DNA of 64,000 nt, from positions 133,762 to 197,761 of the forward strand of contig CAVRZR010000002.1 of NCBI GenBank assembly GCA_963725795.1. The letters are read 5' to 3'. Position 1 is the first letter of the stretch. Each line of letters begins with the position of its first letter. The stretch comes from an uncultured Actinomycetes bacterium (GTDB taxonomy: Bacteria; Actinomycetota; Coriobacteriia; Anaerosomatales; CAVRZR01). Positions 27,885-41,338 of the stretch are shown here, one piece after another. The position numbers were made by a program, and so were the translations under genes. The notes below the pieces were generated by a model that made no database searches, was not told where the DNA came from, and saw only the letters and a program-made list of their open reading frames with translations.

Positions 27885-29688
27885 GGGTATCTGGGCGTCG
27901 GTCGAGCGGCTGCTTCCCGACGTCGAGCGACCGTCTCGCTACATCGACTCGGAATGGGGGGCGGTCAAGGAACGGTCCGCCGACTACCGGGTCTGCCTGG
28001 TCTATCCCGACGCCTACGAGATCGGTCAGGCCAACCAGGCGATCGGGATCCTATACGACATTCTGAACCGGACGGAAGGCGTAGCTGCCGAGCGCGCCTA
28101 CGTTCCGTGGGTAGACATGGCCGACGCCATGCGCGCGGCCACCATACCGCTTTCGACGCTCGAGTCATCCACGCCGCTAGTCGAGTGTGATCTGATCGGC
28201 ATCACGCTGCCCTACGAACTCACATACTCGAACATCCTCGAGGCGCTCGATTTGGCGCGAATCCCGTTGCGAGCCACGGAGCGCACGGACGAACCGCTCG
28301 TGCTCGGCGGTGGCCCGTGTGCCTTCAATCCCGAACCGATCGCTGCCTTCTTCGACGCCATACTGATCGGCGAAGGCGAAGAGGCCGTGCTCGATATCGT
28401 TCGTGTGCACCGTGAACAGATAGCTCTCGGGGCCTCGCGCGGGCAGATGCTGGCGGCACTCTCCAAGGTGGAGGGCGTGTACGTGCCGAGCATTCACCAC
28501 GCCGACGCGCCACCCGTGCGCAAGCGCCTCGTGAGCGATCTCACCGATCACCGGCCGCCCTCGTGTCCCATAGTGCCGTTCGCCGAAGTCGTGCACGACC
28601 GCCTGACGGTCGAGGTGCTCCGCGGCTGCACTCGAGGATGCCGCTTCTGCCAGGCCGGCATGGTCTACCGTCCTGTGAGAGAACGTCGCGCGGACGACAT
28701 AGTGCGGGACGTGATAGCGGGCCTCGAGTGCACCGGCTACGACGAGGTCTCGCTGACGTCGCTCTCCACGACCGATCACAGCACGATCGAAGACATCGTG
28801 CGCCGACTGACTCGCCGACTTGGGAACTCCGGGGTCACCGTTTCGTTGCCGAGCCTCCGCGTGGACGCCTTCGGAGTAGAGCTCGCATCTCTCGTTGCTC
28901 GCGGCAGGAAGTCGGGGCTCACGTTCGCCCCTGAAGCGGGCTCGCAGCGGCTCAGGGACGCCATCAACAAGAACATCACGGAAGAAGACCTGCTCGCGAC
29001 TGTGTCTCGCGCGTTCGTGGCCGGATGGCGCAGGGTCAAGCTCTACTTCATGATCGGCCTCCCCACCGAGACCGACGAAGACATCCTCGCGATCGGGACG
29101 CTGGTCCGGCGTGTCTTCAACGTCGCCAGAGAAGTGACTCCGCCCCCAGAACGCGGCTCCATCCGGATATCCGTCTCGGTTTCCACCTTCGTGCCTAAGG
29201 CGCATACACCGTTTCAGTGGGACGCCCAGATCTCGCTGGAGGAGATCGAACGCCGCCAGGAACTGCTTCGGTCTGCAACACCGAGGAAGGGTGTGGAGCT
29301 GTCTTGGCACGACGCAGACGTTTCCTTCCTCGAAGGCGTCATGGCACGCGGAGACCGGACGATCTCCGATGCCATCGAGGCTGCGTGGCGCCGAGGCGCG
29401 CGTTTCGACGCGTGGACGGAGCGTTTCGACCTCGAGTTGTGGTCGGCAGCGTTCGAGGAGATCGGCGTGGATCCTACGGCGGTGGCGGGACGCGAACGCA
29501 CTCGGGACGAGCACCTTCCCTGGGCGAGTGTCTCCGCCGGGGTGTCGCAAGACTTCCTCTGGCGCGAAAGGGTCAGGGCACTCGAAGGAACCACGACACC
29601 TGACTGCAGCTTCGAGAGCTGTACCGGCTGCGACGTCTGTGGCGAGTTGGGCGTCGACCTCGTACTTGACGGCACTCGACATGGCTAG
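27874..29688 (+). CDS. TIGR03960-family radical SAM protein
   Basis: VERPSRY, YPDAYEIG, RGCTRGCRFCQAG, SLPSLR, TFAPEAG, FVPKAHTPFQW, C-terminal Cys cluster. Confidence 0.9.
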   Translation: MTSEGIWASVERLLPDVERPSRYIDSEWGAVKERSADYRVCLVYPDAYEIGQANQAIGILYDILNRTEGVAAERAYVPWVDMADAMRAATIPLSTLESSTPLVECDLIGITLPYELTYSNILEALDLARIPLRATERTDEPLVLGGGPCAFNPEPIAAFFDAILIGEGEEAVLDIVRVHREQIALGASRGQMLAALSKVEGVYVPSIHHADAPPVRKRLVSDLTDHRPPSCPIVPFAEVVHDRLTVEVLRGCTRGCRFCQAGMVYRPVRERRADDIVRDVIAGLECTGYDEVSLTSLSTTDHSTIEDIVRRLTRRLGNSGVTVSLPSLRVDAFGVELASLVARGRKSGLTFAPEAGSQRLRDAINKNITEEDLLATVSRAFVAGWRRVKLYFMIGLPTETDEDILAIGTLVRRVFNVAREVTPPPERGSIRISVSVSTFVPKAHTPFQWDAQISLEEIERRQELLRSATPRKGVELSWHDADVSFLEGVMARGDRTISDAIEAAWRRGARFDAWTERFDLELWSAAFEEIGVDPTAVAGRERTRDEHLPWASVSAGVSQDFLWRERVRALEGTTTPDCSFESCTGCDVCGELGVDLVLDGTRHG

Positions 29689-30373
29689 CGGGCAGTACAG
29701 GCTGCGTGTCTTCTATCGCAAGGCCGGCCGGTTGCGATGGCTCTCACACCTTGAACTCACGCGCACTCTCGAGCGCAGCGTGAGACGAGCGGGCCTGACC
29801 TACGCGGTCACGCAGGGGTTCAATCCGCACATGAGGATCGCTTTCGGACCCGCATTGCCGGTCGGCACGGCAGGGGAGCGCGAGGCATTCGACGTCTGGC
29901 TGGAACGGTACGTTCCTGCAGCCGAAGTCCTCGACGTACTCAGCCGGTCGCTTCCATCAGACCTCGGGCCGGTCGAGGCACGCTACGTTTCCGAACGTGA
30001 AGCTTCGTTATCGGCGGGAGTGCAGTTAGGGGTGTACGATATGCAGGTCGAAGGAAAGGAGTTGAATACCGGAACGGTACAGACGGCGTTGAAACGCATG
30101 CGCAGCGCTGGAACGCTCGAGGTGGAACGCAGGCGCAAGACCAAGGTTTTCGATCTCGCTCGCAGCCTCCCGAAGGAGCCGCGGGTGAGTGACGCGGAGA
30201 CCGGAGTCATTGTCACTCTGGCCATCCGTATGGGACCCGAAGGGGCCCTCAGACCTGAAGTCCTCCTCCAAGCCGCACTCGCTGCCGCGCACGTAGAAGG
30301 CGTCGTCACCAACGTGACGCGAACCGACACGCTCGTAGAGATCGAGGAAGGCGTGTGGTCGCGTCCGGCGTGA
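29681..30373 (+). CDS. TIGR03936/DUF2344 radical SAM-associated protein
   Basis: RWLSHLE, TQGFNPH..FGPALPVG. Confidence 0.88.
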   Translation: MASGQYRLRVFYRKAGRLRWLSHLELTRTLERSVRRAGLTYAVTQGFNPHMRIAFGPALPVGTAGEREAFDVWLERYVPAAEVLDVLSRSLPSDLGPVEARYVSEREASLSAGVQLGVYDMQVEGKELNTGTVQTALKRMRSAGTLEVERRRKTKVFDLARSLPKEPRVSDAETGVIVTLAIRMGPEGALRPEVLLQAALAAAHVEGVVTNVTRTDTLVEIEEGVWSRPA

Positions 30374-30389
30374 CGGGAGCGTTCGCACG

Positions 30390-31877
30390 GTGGGCGACAT
30401 AGTACGCGAGATGCTCATCTCGCATGACTCCAGCGAGACCCGGGTCGCGCTTCTCGAAGACCGGCAGCTCGTGGAGCTCTATATCGAGAGGCCGAAGAGA
30501 AGCGTCGTCGGCAATGTCTACCTAGGCAAGGTCAAGGACGTCTTGCCAGGGATGCAGGCTGCCTTCGTCGACATCGGCCTTGAGAAGAACGCCTTTCTGT
30601 ACGTCGACGAAGTTGTTGCGCCCGAAGGCGTCGAGGGGATGCCGAAGCGGGACATCCAGTCGCTTCTTCGGCCTGGTCAGCAGATCATGGTGCAGGTCCT
30701 GAAGGACCCGATGGGCACCAAGGGGGCGCGTGTCACCACTGAGGTCACCCTGCCCGGACGGTTCCTCGTGCTCATGCCGTTCTCGGAGTTCATCGGCGTG
30801 TCCAGGAAGCTCCCCGACGAGGAGCGCGACCGCCTCCATGCGAGCATCGACGGTCAGGTGCCGCCCGGCGTGGGAGTCATCGTTCGAACGGTCGCGCTCG
30901 GCGTCTCACAGCGGGACCTCGTTTCCGACCTTGAGTTCCTGCTGCGACTCTGGAAGCGGGTCGAACACCAGGCGCACGAGGGACTTGCTCCCGAGGTCGT
31001 CTACACCGAGATGGACCTCGCGCTACGAATGGTCAGAGACGTCTTCTCCGAGAGCTTCCGTCGCCTGCTCATCGACGACAAGTTGCTCTACGAGAAAGTC
31101 GTTTCATTCCTGAAGAAGACCTCTCCGGGTCTGCTGCGCCGCGTTGACCTGTATCGGGAGCGCGGCCCCCTCTTTGAGACTTTCGCGCTTCAGCCGACCA
31201 TCGACTCGGCCTTGAAGCGCACCGTCGAGCTGCCCTCCGGTGGCCACATCACGATCGACAAGACCGAGGCGCTCACCGCGATCGACGTGAACACCGGGCG
31301 TTTCGTCGGCAAGAAGACCCTCGAGGACACGATCCTCAAGACCAATCTGGAGGCAGCCGACGAGGTCGTGCGCCAGCTCAGGCTTCGGGACATCGGCGGC
31401 ATCATCGTGATCGACTTCATCGACATGGAAAGCGCGCGGAACCGCGCGGCGCTCATGATGCGATTCGATACCGCGCTCGAACGCGACCGCACGAAGACGA
31501 GAGTCTCGGAGATCAGCCGGCTCGGGCTGGTCGAAATGACGCGCAAGAACGTGACCGACGGGCTATACGGCGTGCTCACCGATACCTGCCCCTATTGCGA
31601 TGGCGATGGGCGCGTCCTGTCCCAGGCGACGAGACGCATCTCCGCTGAGCGCCGAATGCGGGAGATCCTGCTGACGGGCAAGTCAGGGGCGTATCTCTTT
31701 GGCCTGAATACCGAAACGTACGAACTGGTCATGGCGCCGGGACGGAACACGCTTGCAAGCCTGAGAGCCGAGACCGGCAAGCAGGTGTCGATCGTCGCCG
31801 ATGACGACATCGAACCGACCCAAGTGCGCGTCCTGATCGAAGGGAAGACCGGCCTCCTGCGCCGAGGCGCGGAGTAG
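30390..31877 (+). CDS. rng: Ribonuclease E/G family
   Basis: GNVYLGKV, PGMQAAFVDIG, IDVNTG, LRDIGGIIVIDFIDM, CPYC. Confidence 0.95.
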   Translation: MGDIVREMLISHDSSETRVALLEDRQLVELYIERPKRSVVGNVYLGKVKDVLPGMQAAFVDIGLEKNAFLYVDEVVAPEGVEGMPKRDIQSLLRPGQQIMVQVLKDPMGTKGARVTTEVTLPGRFLVLMPFSEFIGVSRKLPDEERDRLHASIDGQVPPGVGVIVRTVALGVSQRDLVSDLEFLLRLWKRVEHQAHEGLAPEVVYTEMDLALRMVRDVFSESFRRLLIDDKLLYEKVVSFLKKTSPGLLRRVDLYRERGPLFETFALQPTIDSALKRTVELPSGGHITIDKTEALTAIDVNTGRFVGKKTLEDTILKTNLEAADEVVRQLRLRDIGGIIVIDFIDMESARNRAALMMRFDTALERDRTKTRVSEISRLGLVEMTRKNVTDGLYGVLTDTCPYCDGDGRVLSQATRRISAERRMREILLTGKSGAYLFGLNTETYELVMAPGRNTLASLRAETGKQVSIVADDDIEPTQVRVLIEGKTGLLRRGAE

Positions 31878-31924
31878 CAATGGAGGGCCCACTACCGCCA
31901 GCCGTTTTCGCGCGCCGCGCTGCG

Positions 31925-31953
31925 TTGACGGTCATCGGGGCAGCTGTTAGCAT
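31925..31953 (+). promoter_or_regulatory. Sigma70-type promoter for rplU-rpmA
   Basis: TTGACG-N17-TAGCAT. Confidence 0.7.
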
Positions 31954-31991
31954 ATCTCCTCGCGCATGAAGCCCAACGAGAGGTTTTCCGG

Positions 31992-32393
31992 ATGTACGCT
32001 GTTGTAGCAACAGGCGGCAAGCAACTCCGTGTCGAGAAAGACGACGTCGTTGTCGTCGAGAAGCTCGACGCCGCGGTCGGTGATTCCGTCACGTTCGATG
32101 TACTCATGGTCGCCGACGGCGACTCTTTGAGCATCTCGCCCGAGGAGCTTGGTTCCGCCACGGTCGTCGCCGAGGTCGTCGAGCACTTCAAGGGCGAGAA
32201 GGCGATCATCTTCAAGTTCAAGAAGCGCAAGGGCTACAAGAGGCTTCGTGGCCATCGGCAGGAGCTCACTCGGGTGCGGATATCCGACGTCGCTCTCGCA
32301 GCACCCAAGAAGACGAAGAAGGCCGCGGCCAAGGCCGAAGAGCCCGAAGTCATCGACGAGCCGGCGGCCGAGACGGTCGCCGAAGAGGCATAG
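31992..32393 (+). CDS. rplU: 50S ribosomal protein L21
   Basis: MYAVVATGGKQ, GHRQ; Lys/Ala/Glu tail. Confidence 0.98.
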   Translation: MYAVVATGGKQLRVEKDDVVVVEKLDAAVGDSVTFDVLMVADGDSLSISPEELGSATVVAEVVEHFKGEKAIIFKFKKRKGYKRLRGHRQELTRVRISDVALAAPKKTKKAAAKAEEPEVIDEPAAETVAEEA

Positions 32394-32428
32394 AGCAGCC
32401 GTCCGTAACGTAGTGAGGTAGATGTCTC

Positions 32429-32683
32429 ATGGCACATAAGAAGGGCCTCGGCTCAACCAAGAACGGTCGCGACTCCAAGGCCAAGCGCCTCGGTGTCAAG
32501 CGCTACGCGGGCCAGACGGTCACTGCGGGATCGATCCTGGTGCGGCAGCGCGGTACCGCGCTCAAGCCGGGCGAAAACGTCGGCATCGGCCGGGACGACA
32601 CGCTGTTCGCTCTCAAGGACGGCGTCGTTGACTTCACCCGCGGCAAAGACCGTCGGGTGCACATTCGACCGCTCGACGCGTAA
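32429..32683 (+). CDS. rpmA: 50S ribosomal protein L27
   Basis: MAHKKG..NGRDS..RLGVK..RQRGT. Confidence 0.98.
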   Translation: MAHKKGLGSTKNGRDSKAKRLGVKRYAGQTVTAGSILVRQRGTALKPGENVGIGRDDTLFALKDGVVDFTRGKDRRVHIRPLDA

Positions 32684-32714
32684 ACGGAGTATCGCAGCGC
32701 GCTTAAGCGCCTAC

Positions 32715-35305
<2,591 letters not shown>

Positions 35306-35345
35306 GCTCGCACGATACCAGCCGTTTCGACCGAGGGCGTGAAGT

Positions 35346-36599
35346 ATGTCGGAAGTGAGAGAACTCGCCGAGAGGGCGCGCCTCGCCTCGCGGGCCTTGT
35401 CGAACACCTCCACCCGCGAGCGGAACGACGCACTGCTCGCCATGGCGGACGCGCTCGTGGAACGCCAGGCGGAGATCATCGCAGCCAACGCCGAAGACAT
35501 GGCCGCCGCGCGGGAAAAGGGGACCGCGTCAGGCATCCTCGACCGGCTTCTGCTCGATTCTGAGCGGATCGGGTCGATCGCCGAGGCGATACGCGACGTT
35601 GCCGCTCTGCCGGACCCGATCGGAGAAGTGGTCGCGGGTTACACGTTGCCGAACGGCATAGAGCTTCGGCAGGTGCGTGTGCCACTCGGCGTTGTCGGCA
35701 TGATCTACGAGGCCCGGCCGAATGTGACCGGTGACGCCGCGGCCCTATGCGTCAAGACGGGCAATGCCGTCATCCTTCGAGGTGGATCGCTCGCGGCGAA
35801 ATCCAGCATGGCGATGACGCGCGCGCTGTCGGCTGCCTGCTCCAAGGCCGGGCTGCCTGACGCGAGCGTTCAGACGATCGCTGACACGAGCCACGAGGCC
35901 GCCACCGAGATGATGACGCTCACGGGCATGATAGACGTGCTCATCCCGCGCGGAGGCGCGTCGCTTATTCGCAGCGTGGTTGAGAACGCGAAGGTGCCCA
36001 CGATCGAGACTGGCATCGGCAACTGTCACGTGTACGTGCACGAGGCTGCGGATCCGGAGATGGCGACGCGCATCGTCGTGAACGCGAAGTGCCAGCGTCC
36101 TGCGGTGTGTAACGCGGCGGAGTCGTTGCTCGTAGACGATTCGATCCATCGCACGGTGCTGCCCGGAATCCTGAAGGCCCTAGAGGAGCAGGGCGTCACG
36201 GTGTACGGCGACGAAAAGACCCTGGCCTTGGCAGCGATCTCGAGCATCGAGCCTGCCACCGAGGCCGACTGGAGCGCCGAGTACTACGATCTCAAGATCG
36301 CGTGCAAGGTCGTGGCGGACCTGGACGACGCCATCGCGCACATCAACCGGTACGGTACCGGCCACAGCGAGGCGATCGTGACGGGAGACTACTCCGCGGC
36401 GCAGCGGTTCCTCGGCGAGGTCGATGCCTCGGCGGTGTACGTGAACGCGTCCACCCGCTTCACGGACGGCGGTGAATTCGGTCTGGGAGCCGAGATCGGC
36501 ATCTCTACGCAGAAGCTGCACGCACGTGGGCCCATGGGTCTGACCGCGCTCACGTCGACGAAGTGGCAAGCGCTCGGAAGCGGGCAGATCCGAGAGTGA
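35346..36599 (+). CDS. proA: Gamma-glutamyl phosphate reductase
   Basis: IYEARPNVT, IPRGG, CNAAE, NASTRFTDG, STQKLHARGP. Confidence 0.97.
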   Translation: MSEVRELAERARLASRALSNTSTRERNDALLAMADALVERQAEIIAANAEDMAAAREKGTASGILDRLLLDSERIGSIAEAIRDVAALPDPIGEVVAGYTLPNGIELRQVRVPLGVVGMIYEARPNVTGDAAALCVKTGNAVILRGGSLAAKSSMAMTRALSAACSKAGLPDASVQTIADTSHEAATEMMTLTGMIDVLIPRGGASLIRSVVENAKVPTIETGIGNCHVYVHEAADPEMATRIVVNAKCQRPAVCNAAESLLVDDSIHRTVLPGILKALEEQGVTVYGDEKTLALAAISSIEPATEADWSAEYYDLKIACKVVADLDDAIAHINRYGTGHSEAIVTGDYSAAQRFLGEVDASAVYVNASTRFTDGGEFGLGAEIGISTQKLHARGPMGLTALTSTKWQALGSGQIRE

Positions 36600-37213
36600 G
36601 AGTGAGAGCGCGTCTCGGCATCATGGGTGGGACGTTCGATCCAATTCACTTCGGGCATCTTGTGACCGCCGAAGAGGCCCTGGTGCAGTTCAACCTCGAC
36701 CGCGTCATCTTCATGCCCACCGGACAGCCCGCGTTCAAGACCCAACAGAAGGTCACGTCCGCCGAGCACCGCTACCTCATGACCGTCATCGCGACGTCGA
36801 ACAACCCTGACTTCGACGTGTCCCGCATGGAGATCGATCGGCCCGGGCTCACCTTCACCGTTGACACCTTGCTCGCGCTGCGCGAAGAGCATGGTCCGCA
36901 AACGGAGCTCTTCTTCATCACCGGCGCCGACGCGGTGTGGGAGATCCTCGGGTGGCGGGACGCGGAGAAGGTGGCGGGGCTTTGCACCTTCATCGCCGCG
37001 ACGCGACCCGGCTACGACGTCCGCGCGGCGGCATCAGAGCACACCCAGCTGGCGACGGATTTCCATATCGAGTACATCGAGGTGCCGGCTCTCGCGATCT
37101 CGTCCACCGACATCCGACTCCGCGTTGCCGAGAGACGCCCGATACGCTACCTCCTGCCCGAGCCGGTGGCTTCCTACATCGCCAAGTACGGTCTCTATCG
37201 GGAGAACGCGTAG
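36596..37213 (+). CDS. nadD: Nicotinate-nucleotide adenylyltransferase
   Basis: GGTFDPIHFGH, ITGAD, ISSTDIR. Confidence 0.96.
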   Translation: MRVRARLGIMGGTFDPIHFGHLVTAEEALVQFNLDRVIFMPTGQPAFKTQQKVTSAEHRYLMTVIATSNNPDFDVSRMEIDRPGLTFTVDTLLALREEHGPQTELFFITGADAVWEILGWRDAEKVAGLCTFIAATRPGYDVRAAASEHTQLATDFHIEYIEVPALAISSTDIRLRVAERRPIRYLLPEPVASYIAKYGLYRENA

Positions 37214-37795
37214 ATGGCTTCGGCCGTGAGCTACGAACAGGCCGAAGATGCTCTGAAGCTCCGGCTTTCGCAAGGAGCCCTCGCGCACTCGCGGCGCGTG
37301 GCTGAGGCGGCTGGGGGACTTGCCGAGCACTACGGGGTCGATACGGAGGCCGCGCGGCTCGCGGGGCTGCTCCACGACTGGGACAAGGACCTGTCACATG
37401 AGGCGCTTCTCTCACAGGCACGGGCGCTCGGGATCGAGCTCACGGACGTAGACGCTCGCGTGCCGTACCTGTTGCACGCGAGGACGGGCGCCGCTTCTGC
37501 GTCGCTTGCGCTGCCCGGCCTCGGGCAGGACGTCGTCGACGCGATCGCGTGCCACACGGTCGGCGGCGTAGGGATGTCCGATCTCGACCGGGTGGTCTAC
37601 ATTGCGGACATGCTCGAGCCCGGAAGGAAACACGCACCGCTCGAACCGCTGCGCGAAGCGGCGGGGACGGTGAGCCTGGACGAGCTGTTCCGAATGGCGT
37701 ATGCCGCCTCGCTTCGCTACCTTATCGACCGCGGCAAGCTGATCCATCCCACGACAGTCGATGTCTGGAACTGGTTGGTGGCGGAGGCACAATGA
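37214..37795 (+). CDS. yqeK: YqeK HD-domain Ap4A hydrolase
   Basis: HS, GLLHDWDK, LLHA, HTVG, ADMLEPGR; follows nadD. Confidence 0.88.
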   Translation: MASAVSYEQAEDALKLRLSQGALAHSRRVAEAAGGLAEHYGVDTEAARLAGLLHDWDKDLSHEALLSQARALGIELTDVDARVPYLLHARTGAASASLALPGLGQDVVDAIACHTVGGVGMSDLDRVVYIADMLEPGRKHAPLEPLREAAGTVSLDELFRMAYAASLRYLIDRGKLIHPTTVDVWNWLVAEAQ

Positions 37796-38769
37796 GTAGG
37801 TCGGTCAGGAACGAACGCGGTCTCGTGGGCTGGATCCTCCTGGGCGCCGGGGTGGTCGTCGTGGCCGCCCTCGCGCTGCTGCTGATCGCCTGGACCGTCA
37901 ACAGTCTGGCGCGCTGGAACGCGAAGAGGGCAGGCGATGCCACGGAGTCGACGACCCAGGCACCCGAGGCGACTCGAGACAACGTTCTGCTCATTAGCGC
38001 CAAGGAAGGTGAGGCGACGGGCTTCCTGGCGCTTCGGATCGACCGGGACAAGGGCAAGGTCTTCGGCGTGGCTATTCCGGAGGGCGCGTTCCTGGAGGTA
38101 CCAGGGCAAGGTTTCGAGCGGATCGGGGACAGCTACGCTTCGGGGCCGGACGTCTCCATGTCTGCCATATCGAATTTCCTGAGTGTGCCATTCGATCGCT
38201 ACATGGTGGTGTCCGAGGAGGCGTATCAAGCCGCGCTTCGCGGGCAGACGATGCAGGGAGTGGTGGACGCGCAGGCCAAGACCAACATCTCTCAGGCCGA
38301 CATCGAGGAGCTGGCGGGTCTGCTCGAGGAGATCCCGTCGAAGAACGTCGCGCTGGTACCGCTCGAAGTCAAGCCGATCACCGTTGGCTCTCAGACGTAC
38401 TACGAACCCCAGCGAGAGGCACTGGCGGACCTCGTTGAGTCCTGGTGGGGGGTCAAGCTCTCCGAAGCCGAGCAGGCGGTGCGCGTGATCGTCTACAACG
38501 GAGTCGGCGTGCCCGGCGTCGCCGGCGAGGCGGCCCAGCAGCTGATACGCGGCGGCTTTCGCGTTGTGGACACCAAGAATGCAGACAACTTCGATTACAC
38601 GAAGACGCAGATCGTCGTGCAGAACCGCGACATGACCGCCGGTGAGCGGGTACGCAAGGTCCTGAAGACCGGCAAGGTCGTGAACCAGCCTGCCGACCAG
38701 GACGTCGCCGACGTGATCGTGATCATCGGCAAGGACTACAAGCCGCCGAAGTCGGCGGGCAATGACTGA
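37792..38769 (+). CDS. LCP-like / LytR C-terminal domain membrane protein
   Basis: N-terminal TM; C-terminal VYNGVGVPGVA..NAD..VIVIIGKDY. Confidence 0.78.
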   Translation: MSRSVRNERGLVGWILLGAGVVVVAALALLLIAWTVNSLARWNAKRAGDATESTTQAPEATRDNVLLISAKEGEATGFLALRIDRDKGKVFGVAIPEGAFLEVPGQGFERIGDSYASGPDVSMSAISNFLSVPFDRYMVVSEEAYQAALRGQTMQGVVDAQAKTNISQADIEELAGLLEEIPSKNVALVPLEVKPITVGSQTYYEPQREALADLVESWWGVKLSEAEQAVRVIVYNGVGVPGVAGEAAQQLIRGGFRVVDTKNADNFDYTKTQIVVQNRDMTAGERVRKVLKTGKVVNQPADQDVADVIVIIGKDYKPPKSAGND

Positions 38770-39230
38770 TGAGGAGGAACCAGCTGGACTCCAAAGAGAT
38801 CGCTATCGCCGCCGCGCGTGCCGCTTCGGACAAGAAGGCCGAGGACATCCTCGCCCTCGATGTCGCGGCATTGCTCGTGGTGACCGACTACTTCGTCATT
38901 TGTACGGGCCGGAACGATCGACAGGTGAAGACGATCGCGGACGAGGTCGAGGACCGTCTCAGGCAGGATCTCGGTATCAAGCCGATCGGGCGCGAAGGGC
39001 TCAGGGAAGCTCGGTGGGTCCTGTTGGACTTCGTCGACGTCGTCGTTCACATCTTCCAGCCTGACGAGCGCGAGTTCTACCGGTTGGAGAGGCTCTGGGG
39101 GGACGCTCCGCGCCTCTCGCTCCCCGAAGACGTGACGGGCCCGGTGCGCGACAGTAAGAGAGGCACACCTGCAGAGGAGTCGATCGGCGCGGCGGAGAGA
39201 TCGAGCTCCGCCGGGGACAGCGCCGAGTGA
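38769..39230 (+). CDS. rsfS: Ribosome silencing factor
   Basis: DKKAEDI, DYFVICTG, WVLLDF, REFYRLERLW. Confidence 0.95.
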   Translation: MRRNQLDSKEIAIAAARAASDKKAEDILALDVAALLVVTDYFVICTGRNDRQVKTIADEVEDRLRQDLGIKPIGREGLREARWVLLDFVDVVVHIFQPDEREFYRLERLWGDAPRLSLPEDVTGPVRDSKRGTPAEESIGAAERSSSAGDSAE

Positions 39231-40170
39231 ATGATGCCCTGAAGCGGTATGGCATCCAGCTCGCGCTCGTGGGCGTGGCTGCCACGTGGGGCGCGACATT
39301 CATCACCGTCAAGGACGCTGTTGCGCTCTACCCCCTGTACTCGTTCCTCGCACTCCGTTTCGCCATCGCGGTAGTCGCGTTCATCGGGCTGTTCCCGAAA
39401 GCGATCCGCCGATTGAATGGCGAGTACGCTTCGAGCGGGGCTGATCGCGGGTGCCTTCCTTACCGCCGGCTACATCTTTCAGACGTGGGGCCTGCAGGGC
39501 ACGACTGCGTCGAAGGCTGCGTTCATCACTGGGATGTTCGTCGTGATCACGCCGATGTTGCAGACAGTGATCCTGCGCCGCGTCCCGCGGATGGCAACGC
39601 TGGTCGGCGCATTGGCCGCCGTCGTAGGTCTGCTCCTGCTGTCGGGTGGGGGCGGGGGAGAATGGACGGCGGGCGACACTCGCGTCCTTTTGTGCGCGGT
39701 CGCGTACTCCTGCCATCTCATCACGCTTGGCAGCGTGGGAACGCAACACGACGTCGGCGCGCTGACGCTCGTGCAGCTGACGACCGTGGCGGTGACATGT
39801 GGCGGCATCGCGATACTGGTCGAAGGCGCGCTCTCTCCCTAGCGACCGGTCGGTCTGGGTCGCACTGCTGATCACCGGGATTGTCGCCTCGGCGGTCGCC
39901 TTTGCGGTCCAGACGTACGCCCAGCGGTTCATCCCGCCCGCGCGAACCGCGCTGATACTCATCACCGAGCCCGCGTTCGGAGGGCTGTTCGGATGGTTGG
40001 CCGGCGAGGCGCTTGGGCTCCAGGGGCTCGCCGGAGCGACGCTCATACTCGGCGGCATGGTCGTCTCGGAGCTCATAGGCGCGCGAGCTGCCGAGAGCGA
40101 GCACGTGACGCTCGACCCGGCGCTCGAGGGCATGCCTGCGCCCGTGGTGGAGGTCCGCGAGGAAGGCTGA
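39227..40170 (+). CDS. DMT/EamA family transporter (two frameshifts, near 39420 and 39835)
   Basis: TWGATF, LRFAIA, QTWGLQGTTASKAAFITG, QTYAQR..TEPAFG across three frames. Confidence 0.85.
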
Positions 40171-40237
40171 CAGGCAGCGATGATGGGGGTCGATCCGTTG
40201 ATCGCCGGACCCCGCGTCGTCCGTACGTGTTGTCGCC

Positions 40238-40265
40238 TTGACCGGCCTGGTCGCGCTGCTATACT
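40238..40265 (+). promoter_or_regulatory. Sigma70-type promoter of tRNA-Ala
   Basis: TTGACC-N16-TATACT with extended TG. Confidence 0.7.
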
Positions 40266-40297
40266 ACCGCTTGCGCCTTCGGGCGCCCCAGAGATGT

Positions 40298-40373
40298 GGG
40301 GCCATAGCTCAGCTGGGAGAGCGCATGGCTGGCAGCCATGAGGTCAGGGGTTCGATCCCCCTTGGCTCCACCA
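40298..40373 (+). tRNA. tRNA-Ala(GGC)
   Basis: GGGGCCA/TGGCTCC acceptor with G3:U70, anticodon arm CATGG-CTGGCAG-CCATG, CCA end. Confidence 0.97.
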
Positions 40374-40385
40374 AGGATCGCAGCC

Positions 40386-40415
40386 CTAAAGCCCGCCACC
40401 CAAGGCGGGCTTTAG
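40386..40415. terminator. Bidirectional terminator hairpin
   Basis: CTAAAGCCCGCC/GGCGGGCTTTAG 12-bp stem between convergent genes. Confidence 0.75.
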
Positions 40416-40459
40416 TCTCTTCCCGCGAGTTCCCGTTCCCCTGTCGGAGTCGGCGTCGT

Positions 40460-41338
40460 CTACGGCAGGTCGTCGGCCCGTACGGGGTCCTGACGGCGGC
40501 TTTCCGTCCGCGGTGGGGTAGCGTCAAGTTCGAAGATCACGTTGTCGCCGAGCTTCCGCGCGCGTTCGTATTCCTCGGCCGTTCGCGCCACCCACACGAC
40601 GATCGGGCGACCCTGCAGACGCTGCAATCGGGCGCTGAAGGAGGGCAACGCCGCCATCTCGTCCACGATGAAGTCCGGCTTGCTGATCCAGTTCGTGAGC
40701 ATCGCACCCAAGACGAGCTTCTTCGCCGGCGAAACGGATTCGCCCTCGAACGTGCCGGTCAACTGTCCTCGCGGAAGGTCGGGCGACTTCCTCGCGATTC
40801 TGCCGAGCGAGAGCGGATTGAAGGACACGACCGCCACTGGAGCCTTCGTTTGATGCAGTTCGCGCGCGACGGCGTCTTCCAGCGGGCCGGGGTTTCCGGA
40901 GTTCTTGACCTCGACGAACATTGGAACGCGACCTCGCACGGCAGCAAGAGCGTCTGAGAGCGTCGGTATCGTCTCGGAGCCGCCGAGGATCCTGAGCGAC
41001 TTCAGTTCCTTTGCCGACACGGCTGCCACGTCTCGTGGATCCCCGGTCAGTCTCTGGAGATTCGAGTCGTGTACGACCACAACCTGCCCATCAGCGCTCA
41101 TTTGGACGTCAAGTTCGATCGCAAAGCCACGATCTGCGGCAGCTTCGAATGCCGCGAGCGAGTTCTCCGGTACCCGTCCGTCCCCGCTGTGCAGGCCCCG
41201 GTGAGCGATGGGTTTGGCGGTGATCCAGTCGGGGGTATGGTGACGGCGGTCGAGGCCGCCGACCGCGAACCACGCCGCCACGAGGAGGAAGAAGGCGACG
41301 CCGCACAAGATGGACCATCTCAGACTGATGCCGTTCAC
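40460..41338 (-). CDS. Glycerophosphodiester phosphodiesterase, membrane-anchored or exported
   Basis: N-terminal [26 protein letters not shown]. Confidence 0.9.
   Translation of the reverse strand: MNGISLRWSILCGVAFFLLVAAWFAVGGLDRRHHTPDWITAKPIAHRGLHSGDGRVPENSLAAFEAAADRGFAIELDVQMSADGQVVVVHDSNLQRLTGDPRDVAAVSAKELKSLRILGGSETIPTLSDALAAVRGRVPMFVEVKNSGNPGPLEDAVARELHQTKAPVAVVSFNPLSLGRIARKSPDLPRGQLTGTFEGESVSPAKKLVLGAMLTNWISKPDFIVDEMAALPSFSARLQRLQGRPIVVWVARTAEEYERARKLGDNVIFELDATPPRTESRRQDPVRADDLP

Noticed and set aside
31955-31990. L21 leader-like hairpin before rplU
   Set aside because: Only a short CTCG/CGAG pairing; cannot be supported without a covariance model.
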